A DNA stretch of 64,000 nucleotides from a virus. The stretch lies in IMG/VR virus record IMGVR_UViG_3300020193_000003. One strand, written 5' to 3'. Every line of letters starts with the position of its first letter. The first letter of the stretch is position 1. This document shows positions 20,501 through 28,406 of this stretch, one piece after another. The translations under genes and the position numbers were made by a program. The notes beneath the pieces are model-generated. The model was given only the letters and a program-made list of their open reading frames with translations. It made no database searches and was not told the DNA's origin.

Positions 20501-23500
20501 GACGGACGAGGTGCACAGACTCTACGGGGAACCGGTGCCGGGACCAAGAGCACTTCCCGATGGTGTTATCGGCCCGGGAGGCGGGGCACCCCCGCCACCT
20601 GGCGCGGGTGGGCCACCGGGCGGAGCACCGAGAGGACCGATGATCCCCCTCGGGCCAGGCTCGCCACCAAGGACGCCCCCTGATGGGGGAGGCGGCGCCA
20701 CTCCGCCCCCAGCCTCCCCCGGATCGCGTGGGACCGCCACCGGGCCGACGATTCCGACGGTGCCACGAGCCGACGACCCAGACATTCCCACTCCCGACGA
20801 TACGACTCCGCCCCCAGCCTCCCCGCGGTTGCGCGGAACCGCCACCAGGCCGACGATTCCGATGCGTCCGTCGGACGAAGGTCCAGAAGCTCCCGGCGAC
20901 GCCCCGGAGCCCGAGGCTCCATCGAGGGTCCGTGGCACGGGAGTCAGGAGACCGACCAGGCCGACGACCGACGACGATCTCGTAGAGCCGACGGTCAGAC
21001 CCGAAACCGACGCGGATCGCGTTTCGCCGGAAAGACGCAGAGCCGACGCGGACAGGGAAAGAAGGGTGCGCGAGCTGTTCGGCGACGAAGAAGATCCAGC
21101 CGAAAGAGAGCGTTCCGGGACGAGAACAACCGACTCCGCGGAGGAGACTTCGCCCGATCGCCCGAGAACGACGGCATCTGCCGCGAGGGACGAACTCAAC
21201 GCCGCTCGAAAGAGGGCGCGCGACAGGCGTTTCGCGGAGCGGGAGGAAGCGGACAAAAGGGCGGAAGAAGCATCCCGCAGGATGGCGGAAGCCAGGTATT
21301 ACGAGGGCGTCTACGGGGACGTCGAGCAAGCAGTGGAAGATGCAAAACGCAACATCCCGTCCGATAGTCGAATCAACCCTAGAGATCGCGAAAGGCGCGT
21401 TCGCACAATGGACGAACAAGTTGCGGCGAGGCGCAAGGCGCTTGATAAGGCATCGGCCGCGACCGATCCAAAAGAACGCAGGGGGCAGCAAATAGTCGCC
21501 GCCGCGCTAGAAGCGGAATTGATGTATAAAGCTGGGCAAATAGATTACAGAACCAACGAGCGCCGACAAGCGGACCTGTCGGTCCTGGCCGACCTAAACG
21601 GAACGCCACTCTACCGGGACGACCAAGGCATGTTCAAATTGGAAAGCAGCGTTCCGGAATGGCAGAGAACCGAGGGACCCGACTCGATCGACGATTCGGC
21701 CGAATCCGTCGCTTCTAGAACGGCTTTGGCCGAAAGAATGTTCGGAGAGAGCGAAGCCTCGGAACTCTTGGGCACTCGTTCTTCCGAGACCGACGGACCC
21801 ACCGCCGATTCGCAAGCGGACAGGTTGAGGCTGAACCAAATTCGCGAGGAACGAGTCAACGCCACGGCGCGCGTAGCGGACGCGGAAACTCGCCACGACG
21901 AAGCCCTCAGGAGGGCGAGGCGCACGGGATCCGATCCCGACAGGGGAGGGGACGGCGACCCGGCGGCGTGGGCGGATTACAGGGCGGCCTACGAAGAATT
22001 GAACGAGGCGGACGCCGAGAACGCCAGGCTGCTGCGCGAGTCCAGGGAGCTCGAGGATCGGATACCGAAGAGCGAGACACCGACGCCCGCCACGACCAGG
22101 GATCCCTCCAGGAGATCGTACGAGCGACCGGAAACTCCCGAAGGCATCATCGTGGAAGGCGAAACCCCGCAACGGCAGATACGAATGATCAACCAGACCA
22201 CGGGGGAAATAATTTACGTGGATCCGAGCAACGCTCGCATCATGGATGAAGTCAGGGCAGAGGGCTTCGCTCCGGACGTGAGGCAACCCACCGCTCCCGC
22301 CAGGAGACAGGCCAGTGGGCGAGAAAAACCGCGAACGAAACCCGCACGTGAGCCCGATTGGGTGAGACGCGAGCGGGCCCGACGTGATCGGGCGGGATTG
22401 GCCGACGATATTCCCGGATACGACGACGAGCCGGATGTGGGAATGGCGCCTCCGGTCAGGAGGGGATCGGATTCCGACGGGGTGAGGGAGTTCCTGGAGG
22501 AGGGCGACGGGGCCTTCATGACGCCCGAGCAGGCCCGCCTGCAAAGGGACGGAGCCGTCGAGCGCCGGGAGTCGGCCATCTCGCAGCGCGAGAGGTTGAT
22601 AAACGAGAGGGACGGGGTTGAGAACGGCGTCGTCGGACGCAACCTGACGGACGATCAGGCGCAGAGACGGGTTGAGGAGCTGAACCGCCAGATAGCCGAC
22701 CTGGAGAGAAGAATAGACGACCACGAGAGAACCGCGGAGTTGTTCTCGGAGCACGCACGGAAACTCGAGGAGGGAATCCCCATCAGGGGGAGACGAGGCG
22801 GCGACGCTGAAGCAGGGATGGCGCTTTACAGGCCGAAGAACGTCGTCACAACGACGAACGACCCACCGACTTCAATGAACCCGGGAACGATAACCTCGGA
22901 CGGAGGATTCCAGGCTTACACGTTTGATTTTGCGACTTACGAATTCGACGGGCCCGACGGCATGGAACGAATAATCTTCGAGGACCCGAATCTCGTCAAC
23001 ATGGACGATCCCTCGATTCGGGTCATCCCGAGAAATCCGTACGCGATCACCGGGACCGACGAGTTGAGCGAAGAGGGTCGGAGCTTGGCGCGCAGGTACC
23101 ATCTCGCAAAGGCCGGTTTGATGGAGAGGAACCGTCTCGCTGGCGAGAAGGACCAGTACGATGTTGACGGCTACGTCGATTCCCTGCTCTACAGGGCCTC
23201 GATGGGTGACCCGGAAGCCGAAGCGCTAATTGCTGAGTTGTCGGATCTTGGCGAACAAATTCGGGAAGAGGCGAGGGCACGGAGAATAGCGAAAGACCTA
23301 GATGACAGCTTCGGCGAAATAGCCCAGTCGGAGATAGACGGGTCCAAGGGTGCCGCGACGCTGAAGGCTCTGACGCCCGATAAATTGGCCCTGGTCCACG
23401 AGACGAAATACGAACCAAGAGTTCTCCCCGACGGCACCCTGGAGATCCAGCCGTTGGCCGATTTTCCGACGAACCCGCCTTCCGAAGGTCTCGACACGAT

Positions 23501-26500
23501 CGACGGGAAACCGACCTACCCGAACGTAAACTACCCGCGTCACACCGTGCACTTTGGGGTCGGCGGGTTGGCCGGTGGCCACGTTCAAAGACAGAGCCCC
23601 AAGGACATTGACCCGAACCAACGGGTGTGGGTGGTGGTGACCAATTTCGGTGAGGCCATGGATGCGAATCCCGGTTCCGTCGAAACGATGCGTCTGGAAG
23701 ACACGAGTCTCACCCCGAGAGCCGGGGAGGGACTGAGATTTCCCCCGGGGACCTTCCGGATCTTGGAACTCACGGGGGACAAGAAGGCGGATTTCGCCAC
23801 GATGAACGGGGCGATTCTGGAGGTCGGCGGAACCCCACTCCCGGCAGACATGGACTATTCAAGGTACGGCGGCTCGGCCAGGTCCCGGAGGATATCTCAA
23901 ATGGCCGCCGAGTTGGGTTTCCCCTCCGTTCTGGATGTCGACCATCCGAGCTCCCTGGGCCATCGGGGCTCAATGCGAAGGGGTAATTTCATCGATCGGC
24001 GCGAGGCTTTCGCAACGGCGTTGCCGATCGAAGAATCATCGCTCTCGATGCTCAGCGACAACAGTCTCGAGCGAATCAGCACCTCCACGCACACGTACGG
24101 CGGCGGGGTCGTTCGCTACGTGAATGATTCGGACACGTACATCGAGCTTTTCCCGCCGGACCTACAGGAGCGAATCGACCAGGGGCTCATCAGCAAGCGC
24201 GACGCACGCAGAGAACTAACTGGCAGAGTTGAAGCCCGCAGGGCGGCACGGGCTCAATCCGCCGACGGGCCGAGCGCCGGCATGGCGAGGGGGACGAGCG
24301 AGGAAATCTTCATGCGACCCGACGGAACCTTCGACATCGGCCCGGACACGGGTGGGCGCTCCGCCCTGCGACCGAGTCGCATTGACGAAGAAGTTGTGAA
24401 CCAGGCAGTGATCCAGGCTAGGCAGGAGGTGGTCAGCGAGGTTCTCGACAACCCGTTCGCAACCGACCAAGACTTCGGGCGCGCCTCGCAGGCGATCGAC
24501 CTGATGGAGGATGCGATCGGCGCGGACGCTGCCGAGCGGCTCAGGAACAGACTCGCGAGGGCGCGGGCAAGGCGAGACAGAAACAGTCCCCAAACGATGC
24601 CGGAAATTAGACCGTACTTGATCAGGCCCCCGCAATACGGCGACGACTCGTTCGGGAACCGCAACCGCGTCGGCGACATGGCGCGCGCCATGTCGCGCCC
24701 CGACGACCCGAGGAATCCGCCTCGCACCGCCACGGCGAGATTGGCGCACATGGACACCGCCAACTCGTCCGTCGCAAGGGACATAACTTACGACCCGCAA
24801 AACGGAGACCTCACGGTCACCTACAACGACGACAGGGTCGTCACGTTCACCGACGTGCCGTACGAGCGCGTGCGCAAGGCGGGTTTCGACGACCTGCCGG
24901 ACGACCTGATCAGCGAACTGGAGAACGAACAGAACCAGATGCGCAGCAGGCCAATCGGCAGGATGTCCGACGGCAACCGGGCCCGCAGGAACGTCTCGGG
25001 CCCGAGACGATTGCTCTCCGAGGGGAACTTCCGGTCCAACGAACGACGGCAACCACCCGGCGCTGAGCAGTTCGACGATGGGCCGTCGGCCGGCATGGGC
25101 CGAACGTACGAAACCCTGGTCGGCACGCACGCCAACGTCGTCTCCAGAAAACGAGACGAGTTGGCGAAGGCGCAACAAACGCTTGACGGGATAGGCACCC
25201 GCAGGGACAAGGGGTTGGTGACCGAGGACGAGGCCAAGGCGGTCGCCTCTGCGTTCGCGGACCTGTTCTCCGGGGACATGAGGGTGCAGAGCAATTTTGA
25301 GGGGAGACTGAGGACGGAGTTGCTCAGCGACGGTCGCACCATGGTCAGGTTGGATGCGCAAGTGAACTGGGAGGAGATGGTGCAGGTCCAGGACCTGACG
25401 AGCATCCCCATAACCATGCAAATAAAGTCCGCCGACGGAAAAACGATTTACGGGTACGCCTCAAGGAGGCTGGAGATAGGCGAGGACGGAATCACCGTCC
25501 ATCACGGTTCCCTCACCATCTCGCCGGAGTACCGCGGCAAGGGGATAGCCAGCGAGTTCAACGCAAGGAACGAGAACCTCTACAAAGCCCTCGGGGTCAG
25601 GAGCATAACGACCAGCGGATCCTCCTCCTCGGTTACGAGCACAAACAACCCGTTCGAGGACCAGGTGATCGGAACCGGCGCGACCCACTGGGCCCGCAAC
25701 GGGTTCACCTGGAGGGACGATGACGCGAAACAAAAATTCATCGGAATCATAGACTCGGCATTGTCTAGGAAGCCGGGAATCTTCTCGGACGAGGAGAGGC
25801 AGAGGATATCCTCCCTGTACAAGAGGGGCCGATCCGGGGACTTTCAGACGTCGGCGACCGCGGAAGAGCTGGTTGATTTCGAGGCCGCCGACAGATTGTT
25901 CGCCGAGGAAGGCGCGATCATCGGGTACAGGAGGGACCTGGCGCCCGCCGAGATTGCTGCTCCGAAACCGTCGAGACTCACCAGGATCGCCGACAGGCTC
26001 GGCCGGCGCTCCCGAAACCGGCGCGACGAAACGGACGGTCCGTCGTTCGAGCCGCCTCCCTGGGACCCGGATGCCGAGCTGGAGGAGGCGCTGGATGACA
26101 GGCGGGCCCGCCGAATCGCGGAGTCGCTGGCGGCGGCCGAGCTCCCGGATTTCGTCAGGGATTGGGACCCGGAAGCAGGGATGGCGGAGACGAGGAGGGC
26201 GAGATCGGCAGCGAAGAGACGAAACGCGGCCATGGCGAGGAACGTTGGCCCGGCACTCAAAGGGGACACGGATGTCAAAGAGAAAAGCGTGGACCCGGCG
26301 CCGCCGCCGTTCTCGCGAAGGGACTCGCAGAAATTGACCCAGGTGACTGCGGATTCCGACGCGCTCAATGCGTCGATCGTCCAGCAGAGAAAGGCCCTCG
26401 TCGACAAGTACGCACCGGGCAGGCACGGAGAGCCAGTTGAGTCCTATGCGGACGAGCTCATGGACAGCATGGGCGTCGCGCGCGAGACGGGCCTGAAGGG

Positions 26501-28097
26501 CAAGCCCATGACGTTCGGCGAGCAACTGGACCAAGCCATGGACTTCTTCCTCAGGACAGCCGAACAGGACGGCAAAGAAGATCAGGTCGCCGACCCGAGG
26601 GACAGTCTTGAGGACAGGGATGTCTCCTTCATGAAGGGGGCGGCCAAACTGGCGGCCCTCGAGCTGGCCCAGACCGAGGAGGGAAGGAAGAAGGTCAGGG
26701 AGGCGATGGCGACGGCGATTCTCGATACTTTGGCTGGGGCCGAGCCAGCACTGGAGAAGGACCCGTCACTGAGGCGGGCCACGACCATCAGAATCCACAT
26801 GAACGACAGGTCGGATCTGAGAAAGTTCGCCGGGTACGCAAGTTCGGAGATCGATGGGGATGGCAGGGTGGGGCTCGTCGTATCGCTGGTTCCCAACGTG
26901 CTGGTCTTTGACTCGAGCTTGTTCGTAGGATCCGACGAAGGCCCGTTGTCCAAGGGGCAGGGTCTGTCCGAAGTTTTCCGCTTCGCCGGCTCCGACGATT
27001 ATCACTTCGGGCTCGGCGTGCACGAGTACGCGCATTTGGAGCACTACAGGTCGTGGTACGCGAGCCTCGGGTTGCGGGTCGGACGGGACGCGCCACCGTT
27101 GTCGGCGCAGCCGAAAGGTCGCCTCGGCGACAGCCTGATCGGGGCGGAAATATCCCGGAAACACAACTTTCCGATGGATGCAACCTGGGACGAGGTTCGC
27201 GAGACGTTCGCCAAGACACTCGGCAACCAATGGGATGCGCGGCAATTGGCCGACCAACACAACATCATGCATATCTCTCATGCCCCCAGCCTCGACGATT
27301 CCATCTACGAGATAGTTGAACAAATTTCCCATGGAAGCAAAAAGGAACAATTACGACAAATAAGGGGAGCCTGGTCCAAAGACATTGGCGGACAAATAAC
27401 GGATGTTTTGACCCCGGCTGGAGCAACCAACTACAGGGCGCAGGATTTCGGCGCCATGCTCAGCGCGCTGACGAGCTACGAAAGAAGCCTGGAGAATCCG
27501 TTTTTGGGCATGAATCCGGAGAACCTGACAGAGGAGCAAAAGCGGTGGGTAATCGAAAGGATAAAAATGCCGGAAAAAATTGGTAGCAAATTCCTCGCGT
27601 TGGAAGGCAGGGATGGGTGGGACGACGAAGTGAAGTTCCTTGACGCCCCGGCGGTGAGAAAGATCGTGAACGATGTGCTTGAGGGGCAAACGCCGGAAGA
27701 GTTCCTGGCCGAGCACAAGAGGATCATGGACCAGGTGCTTGGTTACGACTCCGGGTTCGCCTCGACGCTTGGCGTGCCGACCGACGAGGTCATGCGGGTT
27801 CTGGGCAGGTCGTCGCTGTACGGGCAGACGAACATCATGGAGGCCGTCGCCGAGGCCCGAGTGGTGACCCTCTATGCGGAGCGTTTCCGCGAGTCGCTCA
27901 GCATCAAGCAGCTTGAGCAAGTCGAGGAGATGAGGGAAATGCTGGAACGGGTGCTCCCGGACCCGTCCGGCGGCGTGGCGGTTCGGAACCTGACGCCGGA
28001 GGCGAAGGAACATTTTGCTAGACTGGCGAGGATGTTGGGCAAACTTCCGATACTGAAACTCGACCCTGAAGCACTCAAAGCGGCACTCAGGGCGTAG
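17553..28097 (+). CDS. Giant polyprotein-like protein (~3514 aa): two HExxH metallopeptidase-like modules, Pro-rich and coiled linkers, KTSC domain, GNAT acetyltransferase
   Basis: ATG 17553 preferred over TTG 17502. HELNH 19581 with YEFAAE 20358; HEYAH 27021 with SLYGQTNIMEAVAE ~27813. KTSC-like SSVARDITYDPQNGDLTVTY...FTDVP ~24765. GNAT-like ISPEYRGKGIA...GATHWARNGF ~25520-25710. Linkers at 18549, 22428 (variant), 22803, 24264, 25077, 26166. Confidence 0.85.
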   Translation: MSPTPFRIPFNAKIVARHGTTSVYALRDGRLAFVDHTKNRTFFDGSRDVGTGTYGSGHNSAWADSRIVAVASKGGSASFAQTKALKPKQSRVPQEAPDQPGEEIPDEAFSRLMPMIPKEFLDWAASYEIGDPLPPMMPGYGGRTLCSKSINDTSYSQDDFGVDQVVERVLADMGLPDINPALAFAPEIETKGLPRMEQKGILGREIRDMARNIVDSILTARGLWKDELNKIRCGSGPNANRFTDIFGTGCDVPGADMAGNIVGAIRAGVDVPGPVDEVAGKIEGARESVADAADGIDVPGGKSSLGERLRMALTRVRGGHTPHYVADMPGDIDPAAGMSDVLNRRSDKRGGFLFVRSLVSRNKRRERAKKAVGRFESAEKMAREAFATREYRDWEQDFTLRKGRLPNQGEKLNWLAEHIGWKGQFRDAAGKLVTDEHGNPVGSFGGLADTAVVDGVVTDMTHFEAMVEQIVRDPRFVEGGNFDRLSEAQKRRRREEVARNIYEYGLQTLFAMKNAGGPEKIEQIQPDGSRILVDNPEHKKRFAEVIPTHFRVIHPTDPSNFRGLADAAVVTGVNSFEPGFDDEIDFVPLLGTDRRMTAGRPLTAGVQRHGRVAGSLPLYAHENQTRGGEIPFVASISLNPVWFTDRQTQKDKLKAFGGDHLGMDISREAFWAHTADHELNHVDDFAQRLGNKLGYWGELGGGREEWMRRLSQQTYTRTPTGGYWSNVIDLRKDAASYTFLGQQIAELDAKLAAATTTYERQKAIWFFYMQNMRFNERTMSDFARWMNRSGAGFTPGKRLSKAEQAAMLTEIFENLRARGYSEEHGVPTFSFWEDMMDTPLGYWDPATGKFEFPMDPRTGRLNPYPLNVMNLQPKWTGRRTPANVPFSENVATFGIELDPARFGPGRDPYGQARLDNSVSNLLHGYIGGTYAGEDDYEFAAELRTQLNKQGALADVREFLADPARNIHQLTEADFMTLVARYVGTDEVHRLYGEPVPGPRALPDGVIGPGGGAPPPPGAGGPPGGAPRGPMIPLGPGSPPRTPPDGGGGATPPPASPGSRGTATGPTIPTVPRADDPDIPTPDDTTPPPASPRLRGTATRPTIPMRPSDEGPEAPGDAPEPEAPSRVRGTGVRRPTRPTTDDDLVEPTVRPETDADRVSPERRRADADRERRVRELFGDEEDPAERERSGTRTTDSAEETSPDRPRTTASAARDELNAARKRARDRRFAEREEADKRAEEASRRMAEARYYEGVYGDVEQAVEDAKRNIPSDSRINPRDRERRVRTMDEQVAARRKALDKASAATDPKERRGQQIVAAALEAELMYKAGQIDYRTNERRQADLSVLADLNGTPLYRDDQGMFKLESSVPEWQRTEGPDSIDDSAESVASRTALAERMFGESEASELLGTRSSETDGPTADSQADRLRLNQIREERVNATARVADAETRHDEALRRARRTGSDPDRGGDGDPAAWADYRAAYEELNEADAENARLLRESRELEDRIPKSETPTPATTRDPSRRSYERPETPEGIIVEGETPQRQIRMINQTTGEIIYVDPSNARIMDEVRAEGFAPDVRQPTAPARRQASGREKPRTKPAREPDWVRRERARRDRAGLADDIPGYDDEPDVGMAPPVRRGSDSDGVREFLEEGDGAFMTPEQARLQRDGAVERRESAISQRERLINERDGVENGVVGRNLTDDQAQRRVEELNRQIADLERRIDDHERTAELFSEHARKLEEGIPIRGRRGGDAEAGMALYRPKNVVTTTNDPPTSMNPGTITSDGGFQAYTFDFATYEFDGPDGMERIIFEDPNLVNMDDPSIRVIPRNPYAITGTDELSEEGRSLARRYHLAKAGLMERNRLAGEKDQYDVDGYVDSLLYRASMGDPEAEALIAELSDLGEQIREEARARRIAKDLDDSFGEIAQSEIDGSKGAATLKALTPDKLALVHETKYEPRVLPDGTLEIQPLADFPTNPPSEGLDTIDGKPTYPNVNYPRHTVHFGVGGLAGGHVQRQSPKDIDPNQRVWVVVTNFGEAMDANPGSVETMRLEDTSLTPRAGEGLRFPPGTFRILELTGDKKADFATMNGAILEVGGTPLPADMDYSRYGGSARSRRISQMAAELGFPSVLDVDHPSSLGHRGSMRRGNFIDRREAFATALPIEESSLSMLSDNSLERISTSTHTYGGGVVRYVNDSDTYIELFPPDLQERIDQGLISKRDARRELTGRVEARRAARAQSADGPSAGMARGTSEEIFMRPDGTFDIGPDTGGRSALRPSRIDEEVVNQAVIQARQEVVSEVLDNPFATDQDFGRASQAIDLMEDAIGADAAERLRNRLARARARRDRNSPQTMPEIRPYLIRPPQYGDDSFGNRNRVGDMARAMSRPDDPRNPPRTATARLAHMDTANSSVARDITYDPQNGDLTVTYNDDRVVTFTDVPYERVRKAGFDDLPDDLISELENEQNQMRSRPIGRMSDGNRARRNVSGPRRLLSEGNFRSNERRQPPGAEQFDDGPSAGMGRTYETLVGTHANVVSRKRDELAKAQQTLDGIGTRRDKGLVTEDEAKAVASAFADLFSGDMRVQSNFEGRLRTELLSDGRTMVRLDAQVNWEEMVQVQDLTSIPITMQIKSADGKTIYGYASRRLEIGEDGITVHHGSLTISPEYRGKGIASEFNARNENLYKALGVRSITTSGSSSSVTSTNNPFEDQVIGTGATHWARNGFTWRDDDAKQKFIGIIDSALSRKPGIFSDEERQRISSLYKRGRSGDFQTSATAEELVDFEAADRLFAEEGAIIGYRRDLAPAEIAAPKPSRLTRIADRLGRRSRNRRDETDGPSFEPPPWDPDAELEEALDDRRARRIAESLAAAELPDFVRDWDPEAGMAETRRARSAAKRRNAAMARNVGPALKGDTDVKEKSVDPAPPPFSRRDSQKLTQVTADSDALNASIVQQRKALVDKYAPGRHGEPVESYADELMDSMGVARETGLKGKPMTFGEQLDQAMDFFLRTAEQDGKEDQVADPRDSLEDRDVSFMKGAAKLAALELAQTEEGRKKVREAMATAILDTLAGAEPALEKDPSLRRATTIRIHMNDRSDLRKFAGYASSEIDGDGRVGLVVSLVPNVLVFDSSLFVGSDEGPLSKGQGLSEVFRFAGSDDYHFGLGVHEYAHLEHYRSWYASLGLRVGRDAPPLSAQPKGRLGDSLIGAEISRKHNFPMDATWDEVRETFAKTLGNQWDARQLADQHNIMHISHAPSLDDSIYEIVEQISHGSKKEQLRQIRGAWSKDIGGQITDVLTPAGATNYRAQDFGAMLSALTSYERSLENPFLGMNPENLTEEQKRWVIERIKMPEKIGSKFLALEGRDGWDDEVKFLDAPAVRKIVNDVLEGQTPEEFLAEHKRIMDQVLGYDSGFASTLGVPTDEVMRVLGRSSLYGQTNIMEAVAEARVVTLYAERFRESLSIKQLEQVEEMREMLERVLPDPSGGVAVRNLTPEAKEHFARLARMLGKLPILKLDPEALKAALRA
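20700..20865 (+). repeat. Duplicated ~60 bp Pro-rich unit (TPPPASPxxRGTATxPTIP)
   Basis: Two near-identical copies at ~20700 and ~20805. Confidence 0.8.
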
Positions 28098-28109
28098 GGG
28101 GGTGGCACC

Positions 28110-28316
28110 ATGCGCGAGCGCGTTTTCGTCACGGACCGGCGTCATTTTTACATCATGTCCGAGGACCAAAAAGAGACGTGGTACAAGGTGGTGGTGCGAA
28201 ACTCCACCCTCGAGCCGCACGAGTGGGCCTGGCTGCAGCTCAACGAGCCCGAGGAGAAGCCGACGACCATAGACGACGACAATCTGGAAGAATGGCGCAA
28301 AGTCTGGAATAGCTAG
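28110..28316 (+). CDS. Small protein (68 aa) directly after the giant gene
   Basis: GGGGGTGG Shine-Dalgarno-like sequence before ATG; Trp-rich acidic C-terminus. Confidence 0.65.
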   Translation: MRERVFVTDRRHFYIMSEDQKETWYKVVVRNSTLEPHEWAWLQLNEPEEKPTTIDDDNLEEWRKVWNS

Positions 28317-28352
28317 ACAATTGACTGGCTCGTCGCAACCCGTCAATGGGGT

Positions 28353-28358
28353 ACAATC
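28353..28358 (+). promoter_or_regulatory. Putative -10 box TACAAT
   Basis: Intergenic; same hexamer as at 6298. Confidence 0.35.
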
Positions 28359-28406
28359 AAATAGCCAGCCTCAGGTGGCCATCCACGGCAAGGGCGTAAG
28401 TTACCG

